Source of the DNA: Symsagittifera roscoffensis
Taxonomy: Eukaryota
Assembly: GCF_963678635.1 (NCBI RefSeq)
Contig: NC_087064.1
Location: 46,049,437 to 46,113,436 of the forward strand
Length of the DNA stretch: 64,000 bases
Direction of reading: 5' to 3'
Below, piece after piece: positions 24,617 through 38,878 of the stretch. The position numbers and the translations under genes were made by a program. Numbering within the stretch: position 1 is the stretch's first letter; the number at the start of each line of letters is the position of its first letter. Below the pieces are notes generated by a model, which had not been told where the DNA came from, searched no databases, and saw only the letters and a program-made list of their open reading frames with translations.

Positions 24617-25485
24617 TGCTAGAAGCAAGCTTTTTGTTGTGGCCAACACTTAAAGCTAAATGGACTTTTTTTATTATCATCGTGGCATCATAACCATTAG
24701 CGTATATTTCTGATTTGCATTAGTTTAATATGTACTACTCACTCACCAATTACACCAACTACTCACTCACAAAATCCAATTACAGAATATTGCCAGCCAA
24801 TCGACTGTTGGAAAATAGTCATGAACGCAATGAACACAAAAAAATATATTTTTTGAAAAAACTTCAATTTCCGAATTTCAACAAAAATCTATAGGCCCCT
24901 TAAGCTCTTTGAATTTCAAGAACAATTTTTGATTAGTGCTTCTTTAAAAAATACCCTATTTGAAAAAAATTGGATTAATAGGTATATTTTTAATTCCGCT
25001 GGGAAATCCGAACATTAAAATCCACTTTCGAAACTAGAAGCAGAACACGTTTTTCGTGCCATTTACACTTTTGCCATAGTGAAGTTTGCCTGGAAATGAA
25101 CTAAAATTAAACAGAAATTATAATTGAGCGTGAATTTTTTCCTGAAAGAAATCACGAAGATCTATAAAAAAGTCTTAGCTACGTTCAATCCTCTTAAAAA
25201 CTGGGGGAAATTTTATTATGTATTGCGCCTCTCAACTTTTATAAATGTATTTCAGCGTCATTTTTACTTAGAAAAAGGAAAGTGTTTTGAGTTTGTCCTT
25301 AAATTGAACTTTATGAGTTTCGCCTTATATTGAACTTCGAATGATGACTGCCTATTTCTGAATTTGTGCGATATATATATCATTGTAAGTTGATTCATGA
25401 AACCAAATGAGTTTTTGTTAAAATTGGCACAATTTAAGAAAACCAGGTTAACATGTTTTAACTGATACAAAAAATCTCAACTCCA

Positions 25486-25487
<2 letters not shown>

Positions 25488-25549
<62 letters not shown>

Positions 25550-25560
25550 AAATATAAAAT
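25488..25560. repeat. (TA)n microsatellite of about 32 units, followed by a degenerate (AATATAA)n tail.
   Basis: The uninterrupted atatat run is directly visible. Confidence 0.9.
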
Positions 25561-27944
25561 AATATAAATATATAAATAATAAAATTTTCAAATGCGGCTG
25601 ACTACAAACGATAGCATCACTTCTTATAACCAAATAAGAGGCCGAACTTATTTAAAAAAATTTCAGTCTATTTTCAATCAACGAAGTGTATCGATCTTAA
25701 ACAATCAAAATGAATTTCAAGACATCGCCTTTTGGTTATGACGCTGAAACAACTGTCGGATGCTAGCTAACAATTTCTATCTCTTTTGGCCAGCTCACCG
25801 GAAAGACTTCATGAATAACTTCAGTGTATTATTGCGAACAGAAAATGGCATCAAAATCAGCCAAATAGACTGCGTATCATTTAATAGACGTCATATTGAC
25901 AAAGTTTAAAACGTTGGGAAGCTGAACGAAGAATCATTTCCAAAACATCCAAAAACCACTACAGTTGAATTTACTGAATGAAAAAAACTTGGTCCGATAA
26001 GCTTTCAATAACTTCAGCTGACTGCTCCAATAAATTCAATATAATTCATATCAACTCGTCTCAATAATCAGCTGGCGAGTTAATAAGCACTTTGGTGTCG
26101 ACAAAACTGTTGCTCCTAATTGCCAATTTTACTGTCTGACGTCGATTCGACTATGAAACAACGATAGCAACCGAAGCGTTCTGGGATTTTACGAGGGCAC
26201 AGATTTACAAAAAACGGCAATTTTTTTCGAGGCTGACCGAGTTAATTTACGAGTACAGGTCATTGAATTACGAAAAGCAAGACCCTATATCAAGTTGAGA
26301 CCAAAATTTCCTCAACAGCTATGCTAAAAAAAGGTGAGAAATCATACAAAATCAAATGATCAAATTAGATAAGGTGAATCGAATGAATACGAAGCATCGT
26401 AATTACTAGGTACTTAAATAGGGTAAATTGGAAAATTCAATTACAGGAAATGAATCCCGCACAGAGATTTTTTACTTAAAAGATGGCGTTTGAATAAAAA
26501 TTTTAGTTACTGAGGAATTAAACGGTGTCAAAAATCCAATCAACCAACAACGCAGCAATTTCAAGTCAAATAAGAATGCAGCAACCAAAAATCTAGCAAA
26601 ATTGCCCAATTAAGGCATTCAGGAGTACTTTACTGTGTTCACATTGGCATTAACTACACAATAACAACGCTGCTAACTAAAAACAGTACATGTGACTTGG
26701 ACAGGTATTTACGGTTGCCAGTCCAGCATGATTGTCAATCAGACTTATAATTGAACCGTTGTTATAAACTCGATTAGATAGAGTATCGTTAAGATTAAAT
26801 CCAAAATTTTAATAAAATCGGAATCACTCAGTACTGCTAAAGAGTTTGAACGATAGATGGCGAAAAGATAAAAACTATCAGAATAGAAAGCATTTTTTAT
26901 TATTTATCATGATGCAGATAATGCAGAATTTTTTCATGGATAATTTTTTTTGAGAAATCTGATTATATTGAAAGCCGCTAAGCCAAAATTTTTCATATCT
27001 GTCTTTTTTTTTCAAAAAACGATAATAAGAAAAATGAAAGTTACATTTAAAAAGATACAAAGCGGTATTGAAAGTTCAATTTTAAAAAAACGATAATAAG
27101 AAAAATGAAAGTTACCTTTACAAAGATTCAAAGCGGTATTGAAGCCGACGATTTTCGAGCAGACACCCGTTGAGCCAAAATAAATGATTTAATAATAATA
27201 AAAAACGTTTTGAGTCTCAAAATCTTAAATTACACCCTTCAATAATCACAAGCGTAGAAAAATCGTTTCGCTTGTCCAACGATCATATGATTCCACTCAA
27301 TCGATTAAGTATAAACCAAATATAGCCAACAGACAGTTATGAACAAAAGGAAACAAAAAATAATGACTTGTTTCTAGAAACAATTTCAATTTACTAATTT
27401 CAAAGAAAAATATTGGCCTTAAAGCTCTTTGACTATTTGTGATTGACCGTTTTTACGAATGAATATCCCATTTTAGAAAAATGGATCAATGGATAAAATG
27501 TTTCTTCCGCTAAGAAACTGAAAAATAAACTCCACTATCGAAACTAGAGTAGATCACGTTTTTGGCGACCTTACTACTTTTGCTGTTCGATACTATAGCT
27601 TACCTTCCTTTGAACAAGGGAAATGAAATGGAGTTTTTGTAGCTGTAGTTTTTCAATTTTGTCAAGTTATTTTTCCAACTAATTTTTTCCAACATAATTT
27701 TCAGAAGCATTTTTGACTTTTGTGGTTTTTTCATTCACTTTGTTTTTTCTTTGCATCTTTGCGTCTTTGTGTATTTTTCTTTGCGTCTCTGTGTAAATTT
27801 TTTTTGTAAGTTTTTTTTTCAGGAAAAATCTTGATCGCTAAAACTCGATGTTGCGGTTTCACTAACGATTTTTTTTCATCGAATTTTAGCGAACAAATTT
27901 CAAGATTTTTCCAGAAAAACAAAACAAATTAAAAACAGAGGCGA

Positions 27945-28600
27945 AGCGGAGTTTCGCAACACTTGCGATGCAAAAAAAAACACATAGTGAATGAAAAAAT
28001 GGACAAAATGAAAAATACTTCTGAAAATTATGTTGGAAATAATTACTTGGAAAAATTACTTGACAAAAGTTGAAAAATTACAGCTACAAAAACTTCATAC
28101 TTGTATTGGACAAAGTTCATAAACAGGCCTTAATAAATAGGAATCCTTTACCGAGCGGCAACAAAGTTGACAAAAATTGGGTCGAAACCTGTTTAGCCGA
28201 AAACAAAACTGTTGTCATAAAAAATTTCATAAAAATTAAAAATAGTTACGACCCATCCGAACTGAAACACATAATGCAAAACAGATATATATTTTGATAT
28301 ATATATATATATCTCGAAATAACGCAAAATAATTTGACTAAGTCAATACTTCATTAACTGAAATTTTTTCATTATAAAAAGAAAGAAAAAATTTTAAAAA
28401 CTCAAAACCAGGCATGGTAAATTTACAAATTTGTGAAGTTCCGGTTATAAAAATTGTTTAAACTGAAACAAAACCCATGCTTTAAAAAAAAGCAATATTA
28501 AAACCCTGCCAAATAAAAAATCGATGACGTTTAAAAGACCAGAAAAAGAACCAACAGGAACTAGACGAAAACCACGAACACAAAATGTAAAATTAAAAAA
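27945..28600. mobile_element. R4 family, a nonautonomous repeat of about 650 bp with a terminal GCGAAG..CTTCGC stem-loop.
   Basis: The start is CAGAGGCGAAGCGGAGTTTCGCAACACTTGCGATGC. Related copies lie at 31180-31700 and 31795-32335. Head fragments lie at 28875-28925 and 56625-56700. Orientation is uncertain. If the stem-loop marks a 3' end, as it does in SINE-A, the elements are on the minus strand. Confidence 0.4.
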
Positions 28601-31600
28601 AAAATTGAAAAGATAATCACCACCTGAAACGGGTTTTAACTTATTACTACTTAACTTCTTCTTGCGGAAGATACTACTTAGAAGTGCCGATCTTGTGGAC
28701 AAAGTTGTTTACGGGAAAAAAAACTAGTACCCGATTACAATACCCTTGCTCATCGCAAGGGTAAAGACCTGTATAAGACCATTCACTACTATCATGGCTC
28801 AAAACTTCTTACTGCGTAAACCAAAATATTTAAGAAAACAAAAACCACAAGTATACCAGACCTGAGTAAAACTAACATAAACACAAAGGCGAAGCAGAGC
28901 TCCGCAACACTTGCAATGATTAGAAAAAGATATGAAAGTCGGACTTTTTTGAAAAGTAAAGCTGAAAAATCACTAGAAAAGATAAATTGAAAAAATGACA
29001 ATCAGGCGGCAACTAAGGCAAACAATTCTGGTTGAACACCAAAAGAAAATTTGAGCTTAAAATTTTTTAATGGTCTCAACTCATACCCTTAGTGGTTTAC
29101 GGCATTAAAATACGACATTAGTCGCCTATGTAGGGGAGAAACTACATTCTTTAAAGAGAACTGAATACCAGATTTGGCTGTGTAGTTTTCAAGAAATGAA
29201 CCATACCTGCTTTTCTACACAAAAAATTAGGGTGTAACCATCTGTGCAGGGAAGATCTTTACATCATATTCTTCGAACTGAATCATTAACCTCAGAATTT
29301 GCGGGTAGTGTTTGAGAAAAAAAAGAAAATACCAAAAAACGATCGAAATCTCAAAAACTTGACGAGCAATATGGAGAAGCTTCTTTGGTTGAAAAAACGC
29401 ATATTTCAGAAAATGATTCAGGGATTCGGAATTGATAAGACTTGCTAATCGCAAGCACAATAATCGCACACGTAATAGATCATTGCCCACGTAATAATTC
29501 AGTGAACGGAGCAGACAGAAAATTAAGAAAAAAACGTTTGTAGTGAAAAATTTTCAAATAAATAAGACTTCATTAAAAAATCATGAAACTCAATTACCTC
29601 CACCAATGGGTCTTTAAAATGGAATAAAGGAATTTAGAAGGAATTAAGGAATTTAGAAGAAAACTGAATCTTCAAAAAGAGTCCTTGCTTTGGGATCTAA
29701 GCCGACAAAAACAAACATTAATAGACGGACGATAGTCTGAACAAGCAGAAAGATTTTAGTTTTTAAAAAACGGCAGCAGGTCGGATTAGCACCAAAGACC
29801 TCTGTCGTCTCAACTAGCTGTGTTGCCTCTAAGGCAGATGCTCTGGGTGAAGCAAGATGAAACAGATACGAAATCTTAATAGTATTCTTTACAGAAAAAA
29901 GTCTTGTACAGAGTTGTTTGCCAGAAAAAAGTCTGGTAGTATGTTGCAATATCCTCGCTTGTCTCAAGAGTAACTAGTGACTTTAGCATAACGCATAACT
30001 GTGTACAGTTGTTTTCAAAATTAAAACAAAAAAACTTATCTTTCTGCATAGTGTACTCCTGCCCTAAGATAACACCTAGCTGCCCGCTTTAATAGCTCAG
30101 AACAAATAAAGCAAAACAGTCAAACCGGTATTTCTCGACACCGAGAAAACTTTTGTGAAAATTATAAATGTCGCTTCAATCACGACTAAAAATGCTGTAA
30201 AATGATATATCACTCAGCCCATAGTGATGATTAATTGTGATATCTGGTTTTAGTGTGAAAAAGTAAAACACACACGAAGACAAACTTCCTCCCCACTTTA
30301 ATTGCTTGGAACATTAACACTCAAGAAAATAGCCCACAAACAGTTGGAAAAGAGTCAATCAACGCTATGAAACTACACATCAACAACAACAATTTATGAT
30401 TAACACGGTTTTTATATAAAAAAAAAACTAACAGATTTGAGAAAAATGGATCAATGGACTATTTATTTTATTTCGTTGAGTCTCGAAATTAAATTCCACA
30501 TTCGAAACTACAAATCGATCACGTCTTTTCGCGTCATTTCCTTTTTGGCAACTGGAGAGCGAAATTAACCTACCACTAAACAAATGAACTTGAATTGAAC
30601 TCAAAATGAGCACATATACCGAAGTGCATTCTTATACGCATTAATATGAACGCACTTCTGTAGTTAAAAGAGCATTTCAAGACTTTGTTTTCCTGGAAAA
30701 TAGTCACCAAGACCTTTACAACAGTATTCACAACTCTCATCAGCTCGTAACAATCCTCTTTTCAATCTCTTAAAAGAAATCATATTTATATTCAAATCAG
30801 AGACGGTTAAAATAAAAAGAATCTAAAAAGATTGGAAAACAATTGAAAAACTTTACCCAGAAAAACTTCATATAGTTAAATTTAACTGAAAACTCGAACA
30901 AAGTGTACCCTTGAACGTAAATCCAAAACTTTCTTTAAATTGGAACCATTTTGAAATACGAGAAAAGTTCACTGGTAGCAACTGAAAGAGAAGAAATCGC
31001 CGTATTGGAATGTCATTTTTAATTTATGGTGCAGATATTTTAGTCTCCAGATATATGACAATGCTTTCCTTTGCTTTTACAAATTGCGAGTTAAAATTAA
31101 AAACAGAAACTGAAAAATTATTGAAAAAGTACTTCAACCAAAAAAATGAAACAAAGTATTGAAAATAAACTCAGAGGCGAAGCAGAGCTTCGCAACACTT
31201 GCGATACCAAAAATAGTGTTCTAAGATAGTGAATGGAAAAAAGACGAATTTTTTCTGATGATCATGAGGATAAATAATTTGAAAAAACCGAAAAACACTA
31301 CACGTACCAGAAACTTCATGTTTGCATTAGAGATTTTCATTGCCTTAAAAAGCAATGAAAATCATATACCGACAAAACCTACTGATTAAAACCTATTGAA
31401 CAAAACCTACTGAAACAAACAATCGAATTAGAACATAATATGCCCTCGACATTACGCAATATAATTTGACTAAACTGATATAGCATAAACCGAAAATGCT
31501 CAATTCAAAAATAAAATTGTTAAAATCAGACTAGGTAAATGTGCATTTTACTTCAAATTATATTTTAAAAAATATGAAATAAAACAAAATTCATGCTTTA

Positions 31601-33899
31601 TAAAGTAAACCAAAAAACCGTAGCAGATAAAAATGGCATTGAAGTTGAACGGAAAACGAACCGACGGAATCCAGGACGAAAATCACAAATCCGACAAAAT
31701 CAACATTTTTTCGAGAAAATTATTTGAAAAAAATTATTACTTACACCTTATTACTCACTAAATGAGGAAGTGTGACCAATGAGAAAAATAGTAGAAAACC
31801 GATTGGAATACCCTTGATAATGACATAGGTTAAAACATTGCATTATTAGATAGTGAACAGAAAAAGAAGAAAATTGTGAGAAAAAATTACTGAGAGTACA
31901 AATATTGAGTAAAAAATTACACAGACAAAAATTTCATAATTGTATTAGATGATGTTCATAAACAGCCTTGAAAAACAATGGGAATCAATTAACACGCGGC
32001 AATAAAGGCTAAAAAACTGAAGTCGACTGTCATTGAGCCGGAAAAAAAGTTTTCATGAAAAGTTTTGAGGTAATAAGTTTTAAACGTTTTTACGACCCAA
32101 CCGTACTCAATACATAAAAATATTTTGCAACTCCGCAATATAATTTGAAAAAGCCGACATAAGAAAAACCAAAACCGTTAAATCAATTTGGAAATTAAAT
32201 AAACAAATTAATTCGCAATCAGATTTAGTGAACTCATAAATTACAGAATTTTCAATTAATAAAAACTGTTCACATCAAAGTAAAATCCATGCTTTGGAAA
32301 ATATGCCCACAGAAAGCCGGACAAGATAATATAAATGCCAATTAAAAACATCGGCAACTGACAGTTAAAAAAGAGTAACGAACGCAAGGAAACAGGGAAA
32401 AACACTGATATGTTTTTTGATAAAACTTAATTTTCGAATTTCAAAGAAAAAAAATATATGCCCTTTTAAAGCTCTTTGAATTTCACGAAAAAATTATGAT
32501 TGGTGCTTTTTTGTTTAAAATAACCCAATTTGAGAAGTACGTAGCCACTTTTTGATGTTGAAAAACGGTTCTGATATTTCATAGTTCCCATGATGAAACT
32601 ATGTTGACTATTACCAAATTACAACCATTTCAATTTTTTCGGACTAGTCTTTTTACTCTGATTTGGCCAATTTCTACCAAATTTTTTGGCTGAATTGTCT
32701 GCATTTGAATAAGATTGAAATCAATTGACTTGTGTACTAATGTTGATACTAGACTAAGGAAACCTTGAGAGCTAAGCGAGTACCCCTCGCAAATGCGATG
32801 ATTTTATAACCCAAATCAACAAATAATGCCTTATCTTGTTTTAAAGAAAGTTTTTGAAAATCACACCAGCTTAAAATAATTACTTCTCAAAAGTGTCATT
32901 AATGCGAGTTAGTTCCAACCTGATAATCTCAAAAAAAAATACCTCCAAAAGTGAACTAAATGCTTTTCGCCATCATGGAAAAAGATGATTAATTTAGCAT
33001 ATAACATGAGTTTCTGTACAAGCAACAATCTTTTCAAAATTCTTCTTGATATTTGACTATCAAACTAAACTTATTTGCTCTAATAACTTAAATTATAACC
33101 TTTTGAACTTTATTTAAAGTTAAACTAGCATTTGAAGTGTCCACGCTTACAAATATTTCCATAGCAACTATAACTATACTGAGATGTTTATTTGCAGCAT
33201 TGTGAAATGAAACCAGAAACCTGTTGTTCCGAACACGTCCAAACTTTGAACTCGGACGTTTTTTAAATGCTTAATCAGGTACCAAAAACAAGCCCCATAG
33301 CGCTGAGTGAGTGCTATAGATGTATCATAATTAAGTCTCGCTTCGATTTGAAATATTTTTGTTCTAAAATTTCGTAAAAGTTCTGTTGAGAAACAACGGT
33401 ACAAAACTTTGCTTATGACAATTTTGAAAGCGATTGAGTTAACAAAACGTAGCAATCGAGAAAACTAAATGAAAAAGTCAAACAAAACACTTGTTTAGCG
33501 TTCAACTTATTTCGATGTAATCGGTGAGTTAAAGCACCACAAAAAAAAAACGAAAAAATTATTCTGCTTCGATAAATAAGGTAAGAAAATCAAGCGATAC
33601 TTGCACAGTATACTTGCATTTTTCGGTACTTGAAAACTTAGCTCGAAGACCATGACCAAAGCTTTTTCCAATAATATCAATTTGACGCCCCTAAATTAGC
33701 GTTACATAACAAAAATCCAGGTAACCATTGTTTACAATGCCATTATTGTAAAAAGGATATAGCTCACACATAGCATTTCGATCCTGAGCTGAATAAAGTC
33801 AGAGTTGAACTGCAAGTGAAATTTAAAACAAATAGAACTCTCTTTCGTTAAGATAATCAGAGAATCAGAAAAAGCATCTAACTCAAGCATCCCTCAGTG

Positions 33900-36250
33900 A
33901 AAGATTCGCCCAACCGCACAATAATTCATGCAGAAAAAGATATCTAAAGGAAAAGCCATAAGCAAATGACATTAGGCCATTGAGGGAATATCGTGACGGA
34001 CGTGGAAGATGGTACCAATGGATTTAGAGACATTGATGAAATGAGATTAAAGGCTAAAGACGACAACTACTAACACAACAACAACCCGATGACAACTGGT
34101 ACGATCAACTGAGACAAGTTCACTAGTTCTAGCAGCGTTGCAGGCAGTGACCATAGGTAGACAGATAAGAACAACTGTGAGAACAACAGTCTATGGGAGA
34201 CGGACTAGGTGTTGGTGTTGATCGGATGGCAAACTTCATTTTCCAACTTCACTTGAAGAATACACAAAAACTTCAAAAAACAGTTACTCAATCCAAAACT
34301 TTCCGCGCAGTAAATTGATTATCCCAGGAAACTAATAGGTGCTCAGTCCAGGAAAGCCAAACCAACCAATTGGCAGCAGATTTACCAAAACAAATGAGTA
34401 GAAAAAAATTAGGGCCGTGGAACACCGATTCAAAAGTAGAAAAAAAATACCATATTTAAACTATTCAAGTACGTAACACTTGAGACTTTAGCGTCAAAAG
34501 GCCACTAAGATTCCAAGCAAAATTACAGAAACTAATTAGAAAAAGTTTCTTGACTTTAAATTGGGGCTTTTCCTATTCCTAGCTGAAATCAAAAATGGCA
34601 ACAAACTGAAAGACTTCTATTTGCAATAAACTGACTTAGGCCTTAATCTCAAAGCGCCGATCGAAGCAACAGAAAAAGAAGACTTTTCACATTTCGAACA
34701 AATGTTCCAAGGGAGTGTCCGCGTAGCAGGGATCCACTCCGGACGACAAGCGAACTTTCTCCAGTTACAATTGCGAAAAGACTAGTTGATGTTTCATCAG
34801 AAGCTAGGAACAGCTACACGAGTGAACGTATCTGCAAGCTTGACAGCTTAAAGGGACTATATTTGCGAACCTCGTCTACATGACGCTCACGTCTTTAAAT
34901 TCGAACAGCTACCGTTCGGCCTGAAAAAGAATACACCAGAAAACTATCTGGTTCATTTGACAGAAAAGGCTCACCGAACTTATCTAACAACTCCTCTACC
35001 AGTCAAAAAAGCCAATAGATACAACAGCAGCAGCAGATGCGACAAAAGGCAGCGCGCTTCAATAGAGAAACCGAGCAAAGACAGGAAAGGCTCGACGCAG
35101 TAAACGACAATAGCAATGACCAAATTAAACGGTTATTTTTTTTTTAAAGAATTGCAGTTTGGCTTCGATATAGGAACAGTGACCAAAGCTAAAACTACGG
35201 TGCAAGAACTTTGTAGCCTTGCACGGGAAAATTTTTTTGGCGACTGACGGAACAGTAACCAAAAACTACGGTAGAGAACTTCGTAGCCTTGCACGAGAAA
35301 AAATTACCATCCTCGAGATTTGCCGCAACGAGGACTACCCAGTAGATGGTTTCGACGTAATTAGTACGAAGATCTCAGAAAATTTACTACGCTGACCAAT
35401 ACTCAGTATTAGAATGAAGAACAGCTGAAAGAAGAAAGAACTCAGATTTTGGAAGAACATAAGAAGACCTCATATGAACCATCGCCAGCACCGCAAAATC
35501 ACGGGAATATGCAGTCAGCAACATAACGCTACTTCAAGTAATCCCTTCCACAAATTGGAAAAAGTTATCAGCAATTTAACATCCAAACCAAAACACCTGG
35601 TTCAGACCAGCTCGAGAAGATAGAGTTGAAGAATGCAAGAATAATTGGCAACCACGGTTCATGGGTGGATACAATTATCAAAGATTATAACCAAGAAGCC
35701 AAACTTCACTTAGAGATTTCGATCCAAAAGTCAAAAGCAACAGTACCCCCAAACGCAACAATATCCTCAAAAACCGCAGTACTACCCAAATGCAACAGAA
35801 CAACCAAGCCAAATCATCTAAGCCAAGCAAATGACTTTTATTTACTAAATTTCAAGATGAAATAATCGACCTTTATGCATTAATTCCAGCAGTGGGTAGT
35901 CTTAACTTACCCAAACACGCTTTGGTTCAAGCCTAGCGAAGAGCCCTCACAGATACAGGCGCTTGTGCATGCTTGATATCAAAACAAACGTTTGATGAGC
36001 TTACGAAAGAAATGTTGTTCCGACCACTTAAACTCGCGAAACCGATTCTCAAAAGAGTGCGAATGGCAGGACGACAGCGACTTACCGTCAAAACAGGTTA
36101 CAGTCGAGTTCCAATTGCCATTCCTAACAATCACAGAAACGCTTCTCGTTCTCCAATCAGCATACTCAATCAGCGAAAACTACCAAACATTAGAAAACAA
36201 GGATAATAATACTTTCAATACTTAAAGTCGTGAAATGAAAAAACAAAAAA
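33900..36250 (+). mobile_element. Degenerate LTR-retrotransposon-derived region holding retropepsin and possible RT fragments.
   Basis: At 35930-36130, reading across a frameshift, the sequence gives ..RRALTDTGACACLISKQTFDEL..RPLKLAKPIL..RVRMAGRQRLTVKTGYSRVPIAIPN. This is the D-T-G-A aspartic protease signature and flap region. At about 34880-34920 the peptide HVFKFEQLPFGLKKNTPENY resembles the RT ..F.V.PFGL.NAP.. motif. The composition is GC-richer than the surroundings and no intact ORF exceeds 80 aa. Element order is inconsistent, so the region is fragmentary or rearranged. Confidence 0.4.
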
Positions 36251-37319
36251 AAACGGCAAATATTACCTTTCAGTTAGATGAAAATATTATTTTCAGCTAG
36301 ATATTCCAGTTCAGCCACTTTTTACAATTAGATATTCCAATTCGTCTAGATTTTGAGGAAATACCAGTGCAACGAACATTCTGGTTACAAACCTCTTGCA
36401 ATATTGCTTTCTTTAAGGGTAGAGCACCAGTATGAGATGTAAAATTCTCAATGGGAAAAAGTAACCAATTATAAATCCATCAACTAGTGCTCTGTGAAAA
36501 GTACAATTGATTGCTTAAGGTTTTCAGTAGAAAAAAAAACGCGAACACTTTCAAATGCAAACGAAAATCTTCGGCAAAATTTAAATTGCTGACAAGAATT
36601 TTATAAAAGTGCAGCATTTAAAATTGACTATAATAACAACAACAGCATCTTCAACGTCTACAATAACAGCGCCATCACAATCTCTGAATAGGAGAAAGTA
36701 AAAATCAAAGATAAAACCAAGCAATGTGAACAAAAAGGAATCGACGAACAAGAAGAACCTGCAATGGGGCGGACCAAACAATTAATATGTATCTCCAGCA
36801 TCAGTGTGCCAAACGTCAACGATACGACCGTGAAAACATTTTGAAGCAGTTACAGCTGATTCGTCATTGACAATTCAATTAATGCTTGATCATTAAAACT
36901 GATTCTCATGACTTAATAGAACTTGTCGGCTCAAAAGTTTTATTTTGTAAATATTTTACCCAGATCTTTAAATTCTGGCCACTAAATTTAATAAATTTAT
37001 CAGACGCTCAAATCCACACTAACTTTGCATGTAATGTACACAGAGGCGAAGTTGCACTTCGCATACACAAGCAAACATTGACCGATAATGCCAAACATTG
37101 ACCGAAAAAGTCTTTGGGAATAACTGAACAATTCGCGTTACGCTATCAGCGATATGAATAAATTCTTCAAAGCGCGCATAAATTAGTCCACAACATGGCC
37201 AATTTGACTTTTTAAACCCCCACAACTTTACAAAAAATAATCGGAAGTAAAATATCTTTTTACTTTTGAACTGAGGAAGTCTTCAAGATATCTTCAATGG
37301 GGTAAAAAAAAGTAAACAG

Positions 37320-38235
37320 AAACAATAACTTGTTTTTTTTTAGTTTAAACTTTCAAATTTCCGAGAAAACAAGACGCCTCGTATATCAGGTCAAAACCCT
37401 GAATGTTCCGACTACCCCTTCTTAATTCATATCGAAAAGTTTTTGGGAAAAGAATATACTGAAAACCTACAAATTTTGGACAATATCAAAGTGTGAAATG
37501 TTGAGTCGTACAAAAATAATACGACCGATCTCATTAGCTACCCTCAATTCACTTTGGATCGATTTTGTTGTGCGGGATAAATTGTCACGCATTAAAAATT
37601 CGCGTTACGCTATCAGCAATGTGAACAAATTCTTCAAAGCGCGCATAATTTAGTCCAGAACAAGGCCAATCTGACAATTTTTAAACCCCCAAAACTTTAC
37701 AAAAAAAATCTAAGTAAAATATCTTTTTAGTTTTGAACTAAGAAAGTCTTCAAGATATCTTCAATGGGGTATAAAAATTTCAGGCGCAAATCGACTGAAT
37801 AAAAAAACCACACCAAGCAAAAATATTTTCCATTTTCTTTGAAAATCGAAATAAATGAACAAAAACAGATGCTCTCAAAGATATTTGAATTTCCAACCGC
37901 GAAAAATCAAATTAGAGGCTTTTCCTGAACAAACTAACAATCATCACGACCTATATAATCATCACGACCAAATTTCCGATGTATTTGCGTTCGAAAAAAA
38001 ACTCGTAATATAACACTACGCTCGCTTGCATAAAAAATTGATATAAACCTGATTACAAAATGCGCCCCATCTATCAGTACAAAAAACATGTGGTTCGCTT
38101 AAAATATAAATAAGTACAGTTCGTTGTTCATTACTGCCTAATCAAAAACCGTTCGAAAAGTTTAGTTGAAAAGAGGAAAGCCTGTATAACATATAGTTTG
38201 GAAAACCCTAGAGTACAGACCTCGAAGAACCAAAC
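37320..38235. repeat. Copy A of a roughly 0.95-kb duplicated block. Copy B is 43440-44395, at about 95% identity.
   Basis: Long collinear matches include ..tttccgagaaaacaagacgcctcgtatatcaggtcaaaaccctgaatgttccgactacccc..tgttgagtcgtacaaaaataatacgaccgatct..attcgcgttacgctatcagcaatgtgaacaaattcttcaaagcg..cacgacctatataatcatcacgaccaaatttccg... Each copy is followed by a SINE-A copy, deleted at 38285-38470 and intact at 44395-44940. Partial related copies lie at 13330-13560, 37110-37330 and 41340-41500. Confidence 0.75.
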
Positions 38236-38878
38236 TTTAATTCAACTTTATTTGTTTGCCGTTCTAAAGTGTCTTCCTTTCAACTGAAAAAAGATGACCG
38301 ATAACACTACTTGGAAAAAAACGAATGAGTAAGTCTTTGAGTCTACAAAATTTCTTCTGTGACGCACAGATATAATTGCTAAATGACGCAAGCCAATTTG
38401 TAATATAATAGTCTGTGCTAATATCCTTAGGTTGGAAAAAGAGAGTTCATACTATCACACTAGATTTGCCTGTGTATACAAATTGGTAAGCATAAAGTCA
38501 CATTATGTATAAATTTTGCATTTTAAGAAATTGCTAGATATAGTGAGAAAGAAAATTTCTGAAATCGAGTTTTTGTTATGTTGTTTGAAATTAATAGCTT
38601 TTTTCGGTTCATTTGATGATTTGAAAATGCATCAACTGTGTTAACTTATTACTGTTCGAATGTCAAAGCAGATACTATCAAAAAACTGTAAAGGAGCTCG
38701 AAAAAAGGCACCAATATTTGCGACTTAGGTTAGAAAAAAGAAGGGTCTTAATAGTACACTAAGCTGATGCTAATGTAATAATCGGAACGAACACGATACT
38801 ACCTTCCTACGAACCAATTCGTACTTGAGTCTTAAATCAGGGCTGCTCAATCAAAAACTCGCATAAACCTGTACTTAC

